A stretch of 64,000 nt of DNA from Octopus sinensis (lineage: Eukaryota), in contig NC_043019.1 of assembly GCF_006345805.1 (NCBI RefSeq), forward strand, positions 21,017,360 to 21,081,359. The letters run 5' to 3'. The translations under genes and the position numbers were made by a program. The notes under the pieces are model-generated. The model made no database searches. It had not been told where the DNA came from and was given only the letters and a program-made list of their open reading frames with translations. This document shows, piece by piece, positions 13,775 through 25,100 of the stretch (position 1 is the first letter of the stretch; every line of letters begins with the position of its first letter).

Positions 13775-14234
13775 CCCTTTAGCATTTTTAAATTTAAAGT
13801 CGTTGTATCTGGCCAAAATATTCTGCCTGTTTTATGTTCATACTGACCAGATCTGCCTTATAATCTCATTCTAACAATAATGTTGTTGCCAGTGCTGCCT
13901 CGACTGGCTTCCGTGCCGGTGGCACGTAAAATGCACCAATCCGACCGTGGCCGTTGCCAGCCTCGCCTGGCACCTGTGCAGGTGGCACGTAAAAATCACC
14001 CACTACACTCACGGAGTGGTTGGCGTTAGGAAGGGCATCCAGCTGTAGAAACACTGCCAGATAAGACTGGAGCTTGGTGCAGCCTTCTGGCTTCCCAGAT
14101 GATGGCTTAAACGATGATGATGATGGTGATGATGATCAGTGAATTCTCGAAACTGCAAGATAATGCATGATTAATTCAAAACAATGTGGATGAAAAAACA
14201 TTACATTTGACTGAATAATCTGAATGCTAAAGGG
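13775..14234. mobile_element. piggyBac-like MITE family 1, interrupted by an RTE tail
   Basis: TTAA at 13771-13774 and 14235-14238; TIRs ccctttagcatt / aatgctaaaggg. Confidence 0.8.
13885..14135 (+). mobile_element. RTE 3' UTR/tail repeat nested in a TTAA MITE
   Basis: Array unit plus tail ending ttaaacgatgatgatg; it interrupts the MITE at 13775-14234. Confidence 0.8.
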
Positions 14235-14535
14235 TTAAGCAGAACTTTGAATTAGCAGCTTCAAGCTCTCTGGGTCTTAAAGGGTCTTGTAATGCCTGCA
14301 GAGATTTGGGGTACTGCCAACTTCTCCAGACTCAGCAACTTTACAAAATTCCAGAAATCTAAGCTCTCTCTGTTTTTGTGTCACTGTACTTTGTAAAAGA
14401 ATGCTATTATTCTTATATTTTGAAAATCTTCATGATTTATTCCATGTATCCATAACAGATCCTATGAGCCATTTCTATGTAGTGTGTAAACTCAAGTTGA
14501 TTAGGAAGTGGCAAATATTTGTGTGACTCCCAAAG

Positions 14536-14760
14536 CGGTGAGCTGGCAGAAACGTTAGCACGCCGGGCGAAATGCGTAGCCGTATTTCGTCTGTCGTTAC
14601 GTTCTGAGTTCAAATTCTGCCGAGGTCGACTTGGCCTTTCATCCTTTCGGGGTCGATAAATTAAGTACCAGTTACACACTGGGGTCGATGTAATCGACTT
14701 AATCCGTTTGTCTGTCCTTGTTTGTCCCCTCTGTGTTTAGCCCCTTGTGGGTAGTAATGA
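14536..14760 (+). mobile_element. SINE family B
   Basis: Near-identical to 9770-9998. Confidence 0.8.
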
Positions 14761-14929
14761 AAAAAAAAATATTTGTGTATGTGTGTATGTATGTATGTAT
14801 GTATGTATACACACACACACACACACACACACACCACACACACACACACATATATATGAAGTTGCTGGCATGGCTATGTAGTAAGAAGGAAGGTATGCAA
14901 AGGTGGACTGACTACGTCCCAGGTAGAGG

Positions 14930-15078
14930 CCATGGGTTATGGCCTCACTTGTCCTGCCAGGTCTTCTCACGCACAGCATACTTCCAAAGGTCTCGGTCTC
15001 TGGTCATTTCCTCGGTGAGACCTAAAGAGCGAAGGTCGTGCTTCACCACCTCATCCCAGGTTTTCCTGGGTTTCTCTA
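14930..15078 (-). mobile_element. RTE LINE ORF 3' end fragment
   Basis: Reverse complement closely matches 55095-55226 (RKTWDEVVKHDLRSLGLTEEMTRDRDLWKYAVREKT). Confidence 0.8.
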
Positions 15079-15597
15079 ACATATATATATATACACATAC
15101 ACACACACACATACAATGAACTTCCTACATGTGTGTGCATTGTTTTGTTTACCATTTATATAATTGTATGAATACATCAGAAAGGAGGAGGGTGGTGAGT
15201 GGGTTGAATCATTAGCATGCTGGGTGAAATGCTTAGTGGCATTTTGTCCCGTCTGTACTTTCTGAGTTCAAATTCCACCAGGGTAACTTTGCCTTTCATC
15301 CGTTCCGGGTCGATGATATAAGTGCTAGTTGAATACTGGGGTTGATTCAATCAGCTTAGTCCCTTTCACACACCTGCTGGACTTGTGCCAGAATTTGAAA
15401 CCGATGTGTCAAAAAGGCATATTATAGATGCTGGCAGTTTGCGGTCAGACTGGATCGGGTAACTAAAATCTGATGTCGAACAGGAAGGCACACATATATG
15501 TCTTCAGTTAGCTTTTTCATGCTTCCTACATTAAATATATTCACATCAATTTTTTTTTTTGTTGTTGATGAAGATGGCATTGTATGTTCCATAGGGT

Positions 15598-16010
15598 GGC
15601 GAGCTGGCAGAAACGTTAGCACATCGGGCGAAATGCTAAGCAGTATTTCGTTTGCCGTTACGTTCTGAGTTCAAATTACACCGAGGTCGACTTTGCCTTT
15701 CATCCTTTCGGGGTCGATTAAATAAGTACCAGTTACACACTAGGGGTGATATAATCAACTTAATCCCTTTTTCTGTCCTTGTTTGTCCACTCTGTGTTTA
15801 GCCCCTTGTGGGTAGTAAAGAAATAGGTATTTTGTCTGTATTTATGTTCTGAGTTCAAATTCCGCCGAGGTCGACTTTGCCTTTCATCCTTTCGGGGTCG
15901 ATTAAATAAGTACCAGTTACGCACTGGGGTCAATATAATCGACTTAATCTGTTTGTCTGTCCTTGTTTGTCCACTCTGTGTTTAGCCCCTTGTGGGTAGT
16001 AAAGAAATAG
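15598..16010 (+). mobile_element. SINE family B with tandem duplication of its 3' three-quarters
   Basis: The segment gttctgagttcaaatt...aaagaaataggtatt occurs twice (about 15660-15830 and 15846-16015). Confidence 0.8.
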
Positions 16011-16600
16011 GTATTGTATGTTCCTACAGCAACATATATGAAATTTTATACTTTTTATATAGCGATCCATTCATTTGAAACAACTTCAGAAAGTTTGGTG
16101 AAGATTTATACTTTGCTAAAGAGGCCAGAATAAGATCGCAATATGTCCCAACTTTTTCCATTACTTTGCCCAATACAGTGAAAATATTTCTATGATATTA
16201 GTCATTTACCTACTTCAGTTTATAAGGCTAAGTATATACTTTGCTAAAGGAGGCAGATTACAGATCCAAATTGACCCAGTCACTTGTATGATGCAATGAA
16301 AATAATAATACAATAATATTAGTCATCTACATGCAATGTTGTTTTGGTTTTGTCTTTTGTTCCTCCCTGTGTAATTATTTATCATTTTTTTGTGTTTTTT
16401 CCCTACGGTCTGGGCATGAAATATATTAACACTTAACTTAAATATCAAATATTGTTCAGTTGATGTCATGATATCTTGGTTATGAAATACGGATGAGGTG
16501 GTGGTGGTGGTAGTAGTAGTAGTAATAATAGTAGTTTGTAGCTCTTTTAATTGACAGTCGTCATCATCATCACAGTCATTGATACATATATATATATATT

Positions 16601-16976
16601 CAGGGTGTGATGGTAAATTGTTGCCATATAACTTTAATTTTGTGCATGCGCATTGTTTGCTTTTGATTTTTGTCGACTACACAGTATAGTAGGGTCAGTT
16701 GGGCACCATCTGTGAGAAAAATAGCACCATGATGCAATTCATTCTGCCACAAATTTAGAATTGACATGTGGTGCTGCTTGGCAAACGCACTGTGTTTGGG
16801 TGTCAATCTGACGACAGTGCAGAGGATTCGAAAAGAGTTGGATGAGTCTAATTAGTGATTACAAAGGTATGGCTGCTCAGAAAACTTGCTCTGATCATTC
16901 TGATAAGAAAAGGACTCCTGAATTTGTTGGTGAGATCCAGGCCATGATAGACAACAATCCCTCCAAGTCAATCAGG
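16601..16976 (+). mobile_element. 5' part of a Tc1/mariner (IS630-like) DNA transposon
   Basis: Begins cagggtg after a TA run. Decayed N-terminal HTH region CLGVNLTTVQRIRKELDES / DYKGMAAQKTCSDHSDKKRTPEFVGEIQAMIDNNPSKSIR with a frameshift. Confidence 0.7.
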
Positions 16977-17382
16977 TTGACACATCAGTCTATACAAATT
17001 CATCCAAACTATTAACTAATAGTAGCTTGCATTGAAAGCCTGTGTATACTAATTGATATTTATCTTTCACTGGATGAAGTATTTTCTTCTGTTGATCCCA
17101 TCAATAAGGGAACAGTACACTGTGTATTTATTTTCAAAAAATTCTTGATGTGAAAATGTATGTCGAAATATATTGTTATACTTGGGATGGTAGTTTTTAT
17201 TTTTGGGTCAATTAAATCCCAGCTCTATTTATTTGATCTTCATTTTAGTTTTTATTTGTATTATTTTTAACTAAAAATAATGACTAAAGTGAAGATTAAA
17301 CAGTGTATGTATTTAATTGATAAAAAAAAAACAACACTCTCTAAGTATAACAACATACACAATATGTATGTATATATATATA

Positions 17383-17596
17383 TTGGGTCATCCCATAAAT
17401 AATGTGGTTTTTTCAATTGCATGAACTAAAGCCGGAAGGGATAAACCACCTGCATCAACTTGGTATAAAAGCAAGTAGTAGTTTTACTTTGGTTCTTATT
17501 CTTGGTGAATATATTTTAGATTAAAAAAGAACTTTATATCTTAATTTTGAAAAATAAAAAGTATAAAAAAACTGCATTATTTATGGGAGGACCCAA
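17383..17596. mobile_element. 214-bp mariner-type MITE
   Basis: TIRs ttgggtcatcccataaataatg / cattatttatgggaggacccaa (21 of 22 match). TA on the left, CA on the right. Confidence 0.8.
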
Positions 17597-18364
17597 CACA
17601 TATACGTGTATGTAATGTTCACACACGCACACACACCCCGAGCTTCCACTGAAAGTGTTGTTGTAGTAGGAAACCCCATGGTGCTGCATTGTGGGACTGA
17701 ACTCAAAACCACGTGGTTGCAAAGCAAACTTCTTAACTGCCAAGCCATGCCTGTACCTTAGTTCATGCAACAATTCTTACAGATCTGTATTTATCTCCTT
17801 TCTATATTTCAGTACCTTGTAGTAGACATCCTGTGTAATCCCCTACAACTTTGGCCATGTGGTTAAGATGTTCATATCACAATTATAAGGATTTCAGATC
17901 TGAGCCCATTTTAGTCAAATGGATGAGATTCAAAACATCATCAGTCAATGACTGATATTTTTCTTCCCCTTACTACTTAATTATTTCTAATTAGCATATT
18001 TAAAGCAGTTTGATACTTTAAATGTTTGCACACTGTAGCAATTATTATTCTGCCAGCATAACCTTGAGCCGACCCAGGCCTTGGGAAATAAATCGGTGGA
18101 GGATTTACTGTCCTCTTTCTTTCCTTCCCATGATGTTATCAAGAGCTTCTGTTGTGGCCCTTTCTCTTACTTGACTGTTTACTTTAGGCTTAGCCATTGT
18201 TTGCTTTCAAGTCTTTTGGGGTCAAGCATCTTTGGTAAATTTACTGTTGTTCTTTAGATCATTTGTTGCAACTTAATCCTTTCCCCCCTACAAGACAAAT
18301 TTCTCATTCCCCTTTTTCTAGTTTGTCCTCTTCACTTTAACTCATTTGCTAACATATTTCATCA

Positions 18365-18725
18365 CCATCATCATCATCGTTTAACGTCCGTTTTCCGCGC
18401 TAGCACGGGTTGGATGGTTTGACCGGGGATCTGGGAAGCCAGGAGGCTGCACCAGGCTCCAGTCTGATCTGGCAGTGCTTCTACAGCTGGATGCCCTTCC
18501 TAACGCCAACCACTCCGTGAGTGTAGTGGGTGCTTTTAACGTGCCACCGGCACAGGTGCCAGGGGAGTCTGGCAGCGGCCACGATCGGTTGGTGCTTTTA
18601 ACGTGCCACCGGCACAGGTGCCAGGGGAGTCTGGCAGCGGCCACGATCGGTTGGTGCTTTTAACGTGCCACCGGCACAGAAGCCAGTCAAGGCGGCGCTG
18701 GCATCAGCCACGTTCAGATGGTGCT
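18365..18725 (-). mobile_element. RTE 3' UTR/tail repeat copy
   Basis: Same tail, with two identical 62-bp units at about 18530-18660. Confidence 0.85.
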
Positions 18726-18889
18726 ACCTATTTTCTTTTTAAGCCTGGGAACTTATTCTATTGGTCTCTTTTATCAAACTCCTAAATTATGAGGATGTAA
18801 ACACACCAACACCAGTTGTCAGTCGGTGGTGGGAGGCAAAGACACATCTTTATCTTTTATCTTTTACTTCGGTCATTAGTCAAATATAT

Positions 18890-18936
<47 letters not shown>

Positions 18937-19295
18937 CAAGCTTCTTTCAGTTTCCTCATATCAAATCTACTCACAAGGCTTTGTTTGGCCCAAGGCTATA
19001 GTAAAAGATACTTAGCTAAGGTGTCATGCAGTAGAGCTGAATGTTGGATAATGTGGCTAGGAAGCAAACTTCATACCACACAGTCACATCTGCAGCTATC
19101 ATAGAAAAATGTTTTACTTTAGGAAGTTTTAGGGAGTTTATATTATAGAACTAGGGGGCAATCCCATTTGTGTTACAGAATACATAGACTGATAGTCATA
19201 CAATATTTAACCTTTTGTTACTTTATTTCTGTTGATATGTGCTGACTTTGTTTCAATTAATTTCAAAAATAAGGAACAATTTAGTAAAATAACTT

Positions 19296-19963
19296 GGTAC
19301 TTTTTGGTTATCTCACCCCTATTAAAAAAAATTGCCATTAAAAAATTGGGTTACCTCCCCACTAAAAAATTGAGTTTGTGTCGTGACAAGAGATTGGATT
19401 AAAAGTGTTAGATCCTTTTCATTCAATACATCAACACATCGTTGTCGTTTGGCTTCCTCAATAGGCATGGTATTATTTGTTATAAAGATATTATTAGATT
19501 CAATAAATTTTTCATTTAAATTTAATTTGTCAAAATATTTTCGTTGCTTTGAGACCGCGACCTGTTCACTGACAAAATTCCGTGTCAGTGAACAGGTCGA
19601 GATCTCAAAGCGCCGAAAATATTTTGACAAATTAAATTTAAATGTTGAAGTGGATCTAACAGTTTTTGTGTGTTTCTTAAATGGCTTATAAACACCTTCC
19701 ACGCTGCAATTGTTTTCGTTCCAGCACACGATCTCAGATCAGGTCACTTGCTATGCAAGTACATCTCTAAATTTTTCAGTTTTCCTGTTTATTAATTTTT
19801 TCAGTTTTCGTGTTTATTGATTTTTTTCATTTTTTCTTTTTTGTTTATTTGAGTGTTAAACAATTTCTTTAGATGAGAGAGATAACCTAAAGAACCATTA
19901 TTTTTCATAAAACGAGGGATATAACCCATTTTTTTAATGGGGGTGAGATAACCAAAAAGTACC
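19296..19963. mobile_element. 668-bp non-autonomous DNA transposon with GG-starting TIRs and 8-bp TSD (Merlin-like)
   Basis: TIRs ggtactttttggttatctcacccc(t/c)attaaaaa at both ends. TSD aataactt at 19288-19295 and 19964-19971. Inserted into a TTAA-type MITE. Confidence 0.75.
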
Positions 19964-20299
19964 AATAACTTTGTCATCATGAAATTTGGTTGGAAGAATT
20001 TTTAATTTAGATCACTTAAAAAAATGAAGTTTGTATCATCAAATGTCAGCTAGGACCATGAGGTGGTCTGAATTACAGGAAATCAAGATGTAAGAATTTT
20101 GTTGCTTAAATTCTCTTCCTTTTTTCCCCCCTTTTTTTCTCACCTTTCTTTTTCTTTTGGTTTCATTGGACATACATTATTAAAATACCAACTGCTATTC
20201 TTTAACTGTCAATTATATATATGTATATAATATATATATTATATATATATATATTATACACACATATATATATATTATTTATATATTATATATACAATA

Positions 20300-20530
20300 T
20301 CATCATCATCATCGTTTAACGTCCGTTTTCCGCGCTAGCACGGGTTGGACGGTTTCGACCGGGGTCTGGGGAGCTAGGGACTGCCCCAGGCTCCAGTCTG
20401 GTCTGGCAGTGTTTCTACAGCTGGATGCCCTTCCTAATGCCAACCACTCCGCGAGTGTAGTGGGTGCTTTTTACGTGCCACCTGCACAGGTGCCAGAGGG
20501 GTCTGGCATCGGCCACGTTCGGATGGTGCT
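20300..20530 (-). mobile_element. RTE 3' UTR/tail repeat copy, abutting an unrelated insert
   Basis: catcatcatcgtttaacgtccgttttccgcgctagcacggg...ggatggtgctttttatgtg. Confidence 0.8.
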
Positions 20531-20799
20531 TTTTATGTGGGGGGGGTGCAGGAATATAGGGGAGCACCAGTGGGGAGAGGTGGTTCAGAGAAATGATGAC
20601 AGGTTGTAGGCAAGTAGAAGGTAGGATATCAAGAGAGGGGTAATGCATGGTAAGATAGCGTATTGATGAGGGGGGTTCGAAGAGAAGACACCTAGAATGG
20701 TGGTGGGAGAAGCGACATCCGGTATAGATGGAGAAAAATAGAGATATCCGGTATTGGTATTGGTGGTGGGGGTGGGCAGCGCGGGTGCACCGCGATACA

Positions 20800-21265
20800 C
20801 GAAGGTCGATCATATAACGAGAAGAGAAATGAACAAATCAGACAAAATAGATAGAAATCAGATAAAATAGTTAGATAGATAGAGAAACATGTATGATCAG
20901 TCTAGGAGTGAAAATAGGCATTCAAACTTATCTGTGCACGGGATTTTATAGCTGGTAGATGAGGTAGATGAATGAGAGAGAGAGAGAGAGCACATGTTGT
21001 GGGTTGCCTTCTAAGTAAAAAGTTGTCCGGAAGAAGGATTTTTGGAGAAGGCGGAAGTGTATTAAAGGAAAAAGGTTTCAAGATGGCGAATCGAAGGTCG
21101 ATCATATAACGAGAGGAGAAATGAACAAATCAGACAAAATAGATAGAAATCAGATAAAATAGTTAGATAGATAGAGAAACATGTATGATCAGTCTAGGAG
21201 TGAAAATAGGCATTCAAACTTATCTGTGTACGGGATTTTATAGCTGGTAGATGAGGTAGATGAAT
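20800..21265. repeat. Two near-identical 174-bp direct repeats (20800-20973 and 21092-21265) around a 118-bp spacer
   Basis: cgaaggtcgatcatataacgag...gctggtagatgaggtagatgaat occurs twice, 292 bp apart. Confidence 0.95.
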
Positions 21266-21477
21266 ATATAATATTATTCTATCGGTCTCTTGCCGAACTG
21301 CTAAGTTACGGGGACGTAAACACACCAGCATCGGTTGTCAAGCGATGTTGGTGGGACACAAAAACAAACACACACACACATATATACAACAGGCTTCTTT
21401 CAGTTTCTGTGTACCAAATCCACTCACAAGGCTTTGGTCAGTCCAAGGCTAGAGTAGAAGACACTTACCAAAGGCAT

Positions 21478-21990
21478 GACCTCGTCCCATGTCTTCCTGG
21501 AACTACCTCTACCCCGGATTCCTTCAACTGTTTGAGAGTGACACTTCTTGACACATCTCTTCTCTTCCATCCGTAGTACATGACCATACCAGCACAAACA
21601 TCTCTCTTACATGCCACGTCCGATGCTTCTTATGTCCAACATTTCTCTCAGAGCACTTTCACATTGTCATGTGTGCAGACTGACATTACACATCCAGCGA
21701 ATCATGCTAGCTTCATTTCTTTTTTCGCAGTCACAGCCCGTGTTTCACTGCCATGAAGCATGGCAGTTCACACACATGCGTCATACAATCTACAATTCAC
21801 TCTAAGTGAGAGACCCTTTGTCACCAGTTGGGGTAGAAGCTTTCTAAACTTTGCCCAGGCTATTCTTATTTTAGTAGTGACACTCTCTGAGCATCCACCT
21901 CCACTACTAACTTGGTCACCCTATGTAGCGGAAGCTATCAACATCTTCTAGTTTTTTCCCCTGGAGTGTGATGGAATCTGTTATCAAACA
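21478..21990 (-). mobile_element. RTE LINE C-terminal ORF fragment
   Basis: Minus translation contains VDSFRYIG, RIAWAKFRKLLPQL, LYDACV*TAMLHGSET, WYGHVLRMEE and GIRGRGSSRKTWDEV, the typical RTE post-RT region. Confidence 0.85.
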
Positions 21991-22190
21991 TACATATATA
22001 ATATATGTATGTTTTATATATATATAATATTTATATGTATGTTTTATATATATCTATATTATATGTATGTTTTATATATATATATAATATTTATATGTAT
22101 GCTATATATATATCTATATTATTTATATGTATGTTATATATATCTTATTTATATGTATGTTTTATATATATGTTATTTATATATTATATC
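21990..22190. repeat. AT-rich degenerate minisatellite
   Basis: Repeating atatgtatgttttatatata..atatt units. Confidence 0.8.
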
Positions 22191-22507
22191 TGTAATATGA
22201 TGTGACAATTATTTGGTTGCCATGTCCCCAAGTTTTGGATGTCGGGGTGGAAACCTGCTCCAGTATCTCGTCAGTCAAGGCAATCAAATATATATATATA
22301 TATATATATGTTGTATATATATATATAAATAGTAATGGTAAGACAACAAAAGAATGAAAGAGACTTCGATATTTAGTAAATATAGGAATTTATCTGTAAT
22401 ATAATATGTGACAATTATTCGGTTGCCATTATAAGACTCTGAGTTTTGGATGTCGAGGCAGAAACCTGCTCTGGCATCTCTTCAGTTTTCAAGGCACTCA
22501 AAACTCG

Positions 22508-22566
22508 ATAACTGAAGAGATGCCATTGCAAGTTTCCGCTCCAACATCCGAAACTCGGAGCCTTAT
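22508..22566 (+). ncRNA. Degenerate minimal hammerhead-ribozyme motif (family 1, right arm)
   Basis: ATAA-CTGAAGA-GATG..CATC-C-GAAA-CTC G GAG-CC-TTAT. The core is intact except the cleavage triplet, GCC instead of GUC. The mirror copy on the left arm has GUC but lost G12. Confidence 0.5.
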
Positions 22567-22613
22567 TATGGCAACCGAATAACTGTCACATATTATATTA
22601 TAGATATATTACA

Positions 22614-22673
<60 letters not shown>

Positions 22674-23820
22674 TTAGAGAGAGAGGGAGATAGACAGACA
22701 GGGACATAGAGAGAAAGAGGAGGAAAATAAGGGACAAAGAGAAAACAAGAGAGTGGCAGGCCTATGTTAACTTGTGATAAGGCTGCCAAGGTCAACTTTG
22801 CCTTTCATCCTTTCGGGGTCGATAAATTAAGTACCAGTTGTGCACTGGGGTCGATGTAATCGACTTAATCCCTTTGTCTGTCCTTGTTTGTCCCCTCTAT
22901 GTTTAGCCCCTTGTTGCAATAAAGAAATAAAAAAAATATTTTGGAAAAGCTCATGTACCTCACAACATCACACTTCTATTTTCCTTCCTTTATATATACT
23001 TTGAGCTAAATGTTTTTCATTCTTCATAAGGAGGAATCAGGAAGATGAGTGGGGGTAGAGGGTTAGGTTTACTAAGACCTTCATTTATCTTAATATCTTA
23101 TTAACTAACCATCGATGAGAAAAAACACTAAACATCATATTTGTCTAAAGGAAAAGAAATTTTGGGTTTTTAAGATTAGTGTTGTGTGTGTCCAACACAT
23201 ATATACACAAACCTTTTTAAATGCCTTTGTTTCTTAAACAACAACAACAACAACGAAATATCACAATTCTGTTTCTTAGTGAAACACCACCAACAATATA
23301 GCTGTGTGTTCTTTCATTGTGATAAGGCTATGTAGGCCAGTCATGGCAGTAATAGTTATATGGGGTTGGAGTAGGAAGAAGCCGAAGAAGAAGAAGAAGA
23401 AGAAGAAGGGTAGTGGTGGTGGGGTTGAGGGGAGAATTGGGGTATACGGGGTGGGGGGTGGGGGTGGGCTATATATCAACAATCCTCCCCTACATATTTC
23501 AAGTGCCCCACCTGATGACAACGACCTATTTTCATGCTTCTTGGGAAATTAAATAGTGCACCTACCTCTATGCTTACTAAATTCTTTTTCTTTTTCCTCT
23601 TTGTACACAGCATGTTCTTTCCTTATCATCATTGCCATCATCATATGCGTTGAACTATTTCACTGTTTACAAAATACATAGAGGTAGTAATACTGCTATG
23701 TTGTGGGTAACTAGCTGTCTCTATTTAACCCTTTTCCCCAGTTTTACTTGGCCATATTTCCAGTGAAATACATACTATTTATATCCAAACAGGGGCAGTT
23801 TTAGTTTTCTCTTATCAACA

Positions 23821-24230
23821 GAGTGGCTGTGTGGTAAGTAGCTTGCTAACCAACCACATGGTTCCGGTTTCAGTCCCACTGCGTGGCATCTTGGGCATGT
23901 GTCTTCTGCTATAGCCTCGGGCCGACCAATGCCTTGTGAGTGGATTTGGTAGACGGAAACTAAAAGAAGCCTGTCGTATATATGTATATTTATTTATATA
24001 TATATATATGTATGTGTATGTTTGTGTGTCTGTGTTTGTCCCCCTAGCATTGCTTGACAACCGATGCTGGTGTGTTTACGTCCCCGTCACTTAGCGGTTC
24101 GGCAATAGAGACCGATAGAATAAGTACTGGGCTTACAAAAGAATAAGTCCCGGGGTAGATTCACTCGACTAAAGGCGGTGCTCCAGCATGGCCGCAGTCA
24201 AATGACTGAAACAAGTAAAAGAGAAAGAGT
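23821..24230 (+). mobile_element. tRNA-derived SINE family A (~400 bp, CORE-like segment, internal TA/TG microsatellite, (AAAGAGT)n tail)
   Basis: A-box-like tggctgtgtgg, B-box-like gtttcagtccc, CORE-like catcttgggcatgtgtcttc, tail gactgaaacaagtaaaagag. Confidence 0.85.
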
Positions 24231-24880
24231 TATATGTAATTATTATTCATCATAAATTGAGCCGCTCCACTAAAAGAATAATTTAACCCTTTTTAAACCA
24301 ACCTGCCTGAGAGTGCCTCTGCTTCTGTGACAGAATCTCCCTGTTTTAAAGTGATCTAAATTAAAACCTTCCAACAAAATTTCATGTTAATTTATATTCT
24401 TAATACCAGGTTAACCCTTTCATTACTGTATTTATTTTGAGATGCTCTGTGTTTCTTTCAATTAATTTTAGATGTAACAAAGAACTTAGTAAAATAACTT
24501 ATCATTAAGCTAGTGTCAGGAACATAAATTGTGACTAAGGTTTGGTGGAAGATTTTAATTTAAAACTTAGGAAAACAAGACATTTGTATTACAGAGCCAG
24601 AGGCGATTTCAGGCAGGGGATATTAGCATTCAGATTATTCTGTCAAATGTAATGCTTATTTATTCACATTGTTTTGAATTAATTTTGCATTATCTTGGGG
24701 TTTAAGATTTCGATGATGTAATTGTATATTTTTAGAATGACATTGTAGAGTAGGTGTGAGAGGCCAGATCTGGCCATTTTGAACATAAAACAGGTGGAAT
24801 ATTTGACCAGATATAACTGGTTTGAATGCTAAAGGGTTAATAATTGCAGTTATTTTTATTAAATTCTTCATTATTTTTAA

Positions 24881-25100
24881 CCCTTTCGTTACTGTATTTA
24901 TTTTAAGATGCTCTGTGCTTCTTTCAGTCACTTTAAATATAACAAAGAATTTAGCAAATTAATTTAGTTATCATTCAGCTAGTGTTAGGAACATAAATTA
25001 TGACTAAGCTTTGGTAGAAGATTTTAATTCAAAACTTATGAAAAGAAGACATTTGTACTCAGAGCCAGAGCCGGTTTCAGCCGAGTTGGTAACGAAAGGG
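24881..25100. mobile_element. piggyBac-like MITE family 2
   Basis: TTAA-ccctttcgttac ... gtaacgaaaggg-TTAA, a perfect 12-bp TIR. Its 3' half is duplicated again at about 25105-25227. Confidence 0.85.

Noticed and set aside
19322-19729. 135-aa ORF inside the Merlin-like element as a possible transposase
   Set aside because: It spans the palindrome, has no DDE motif, and is mirrored by an ORF on the other strand because of the hairpin.
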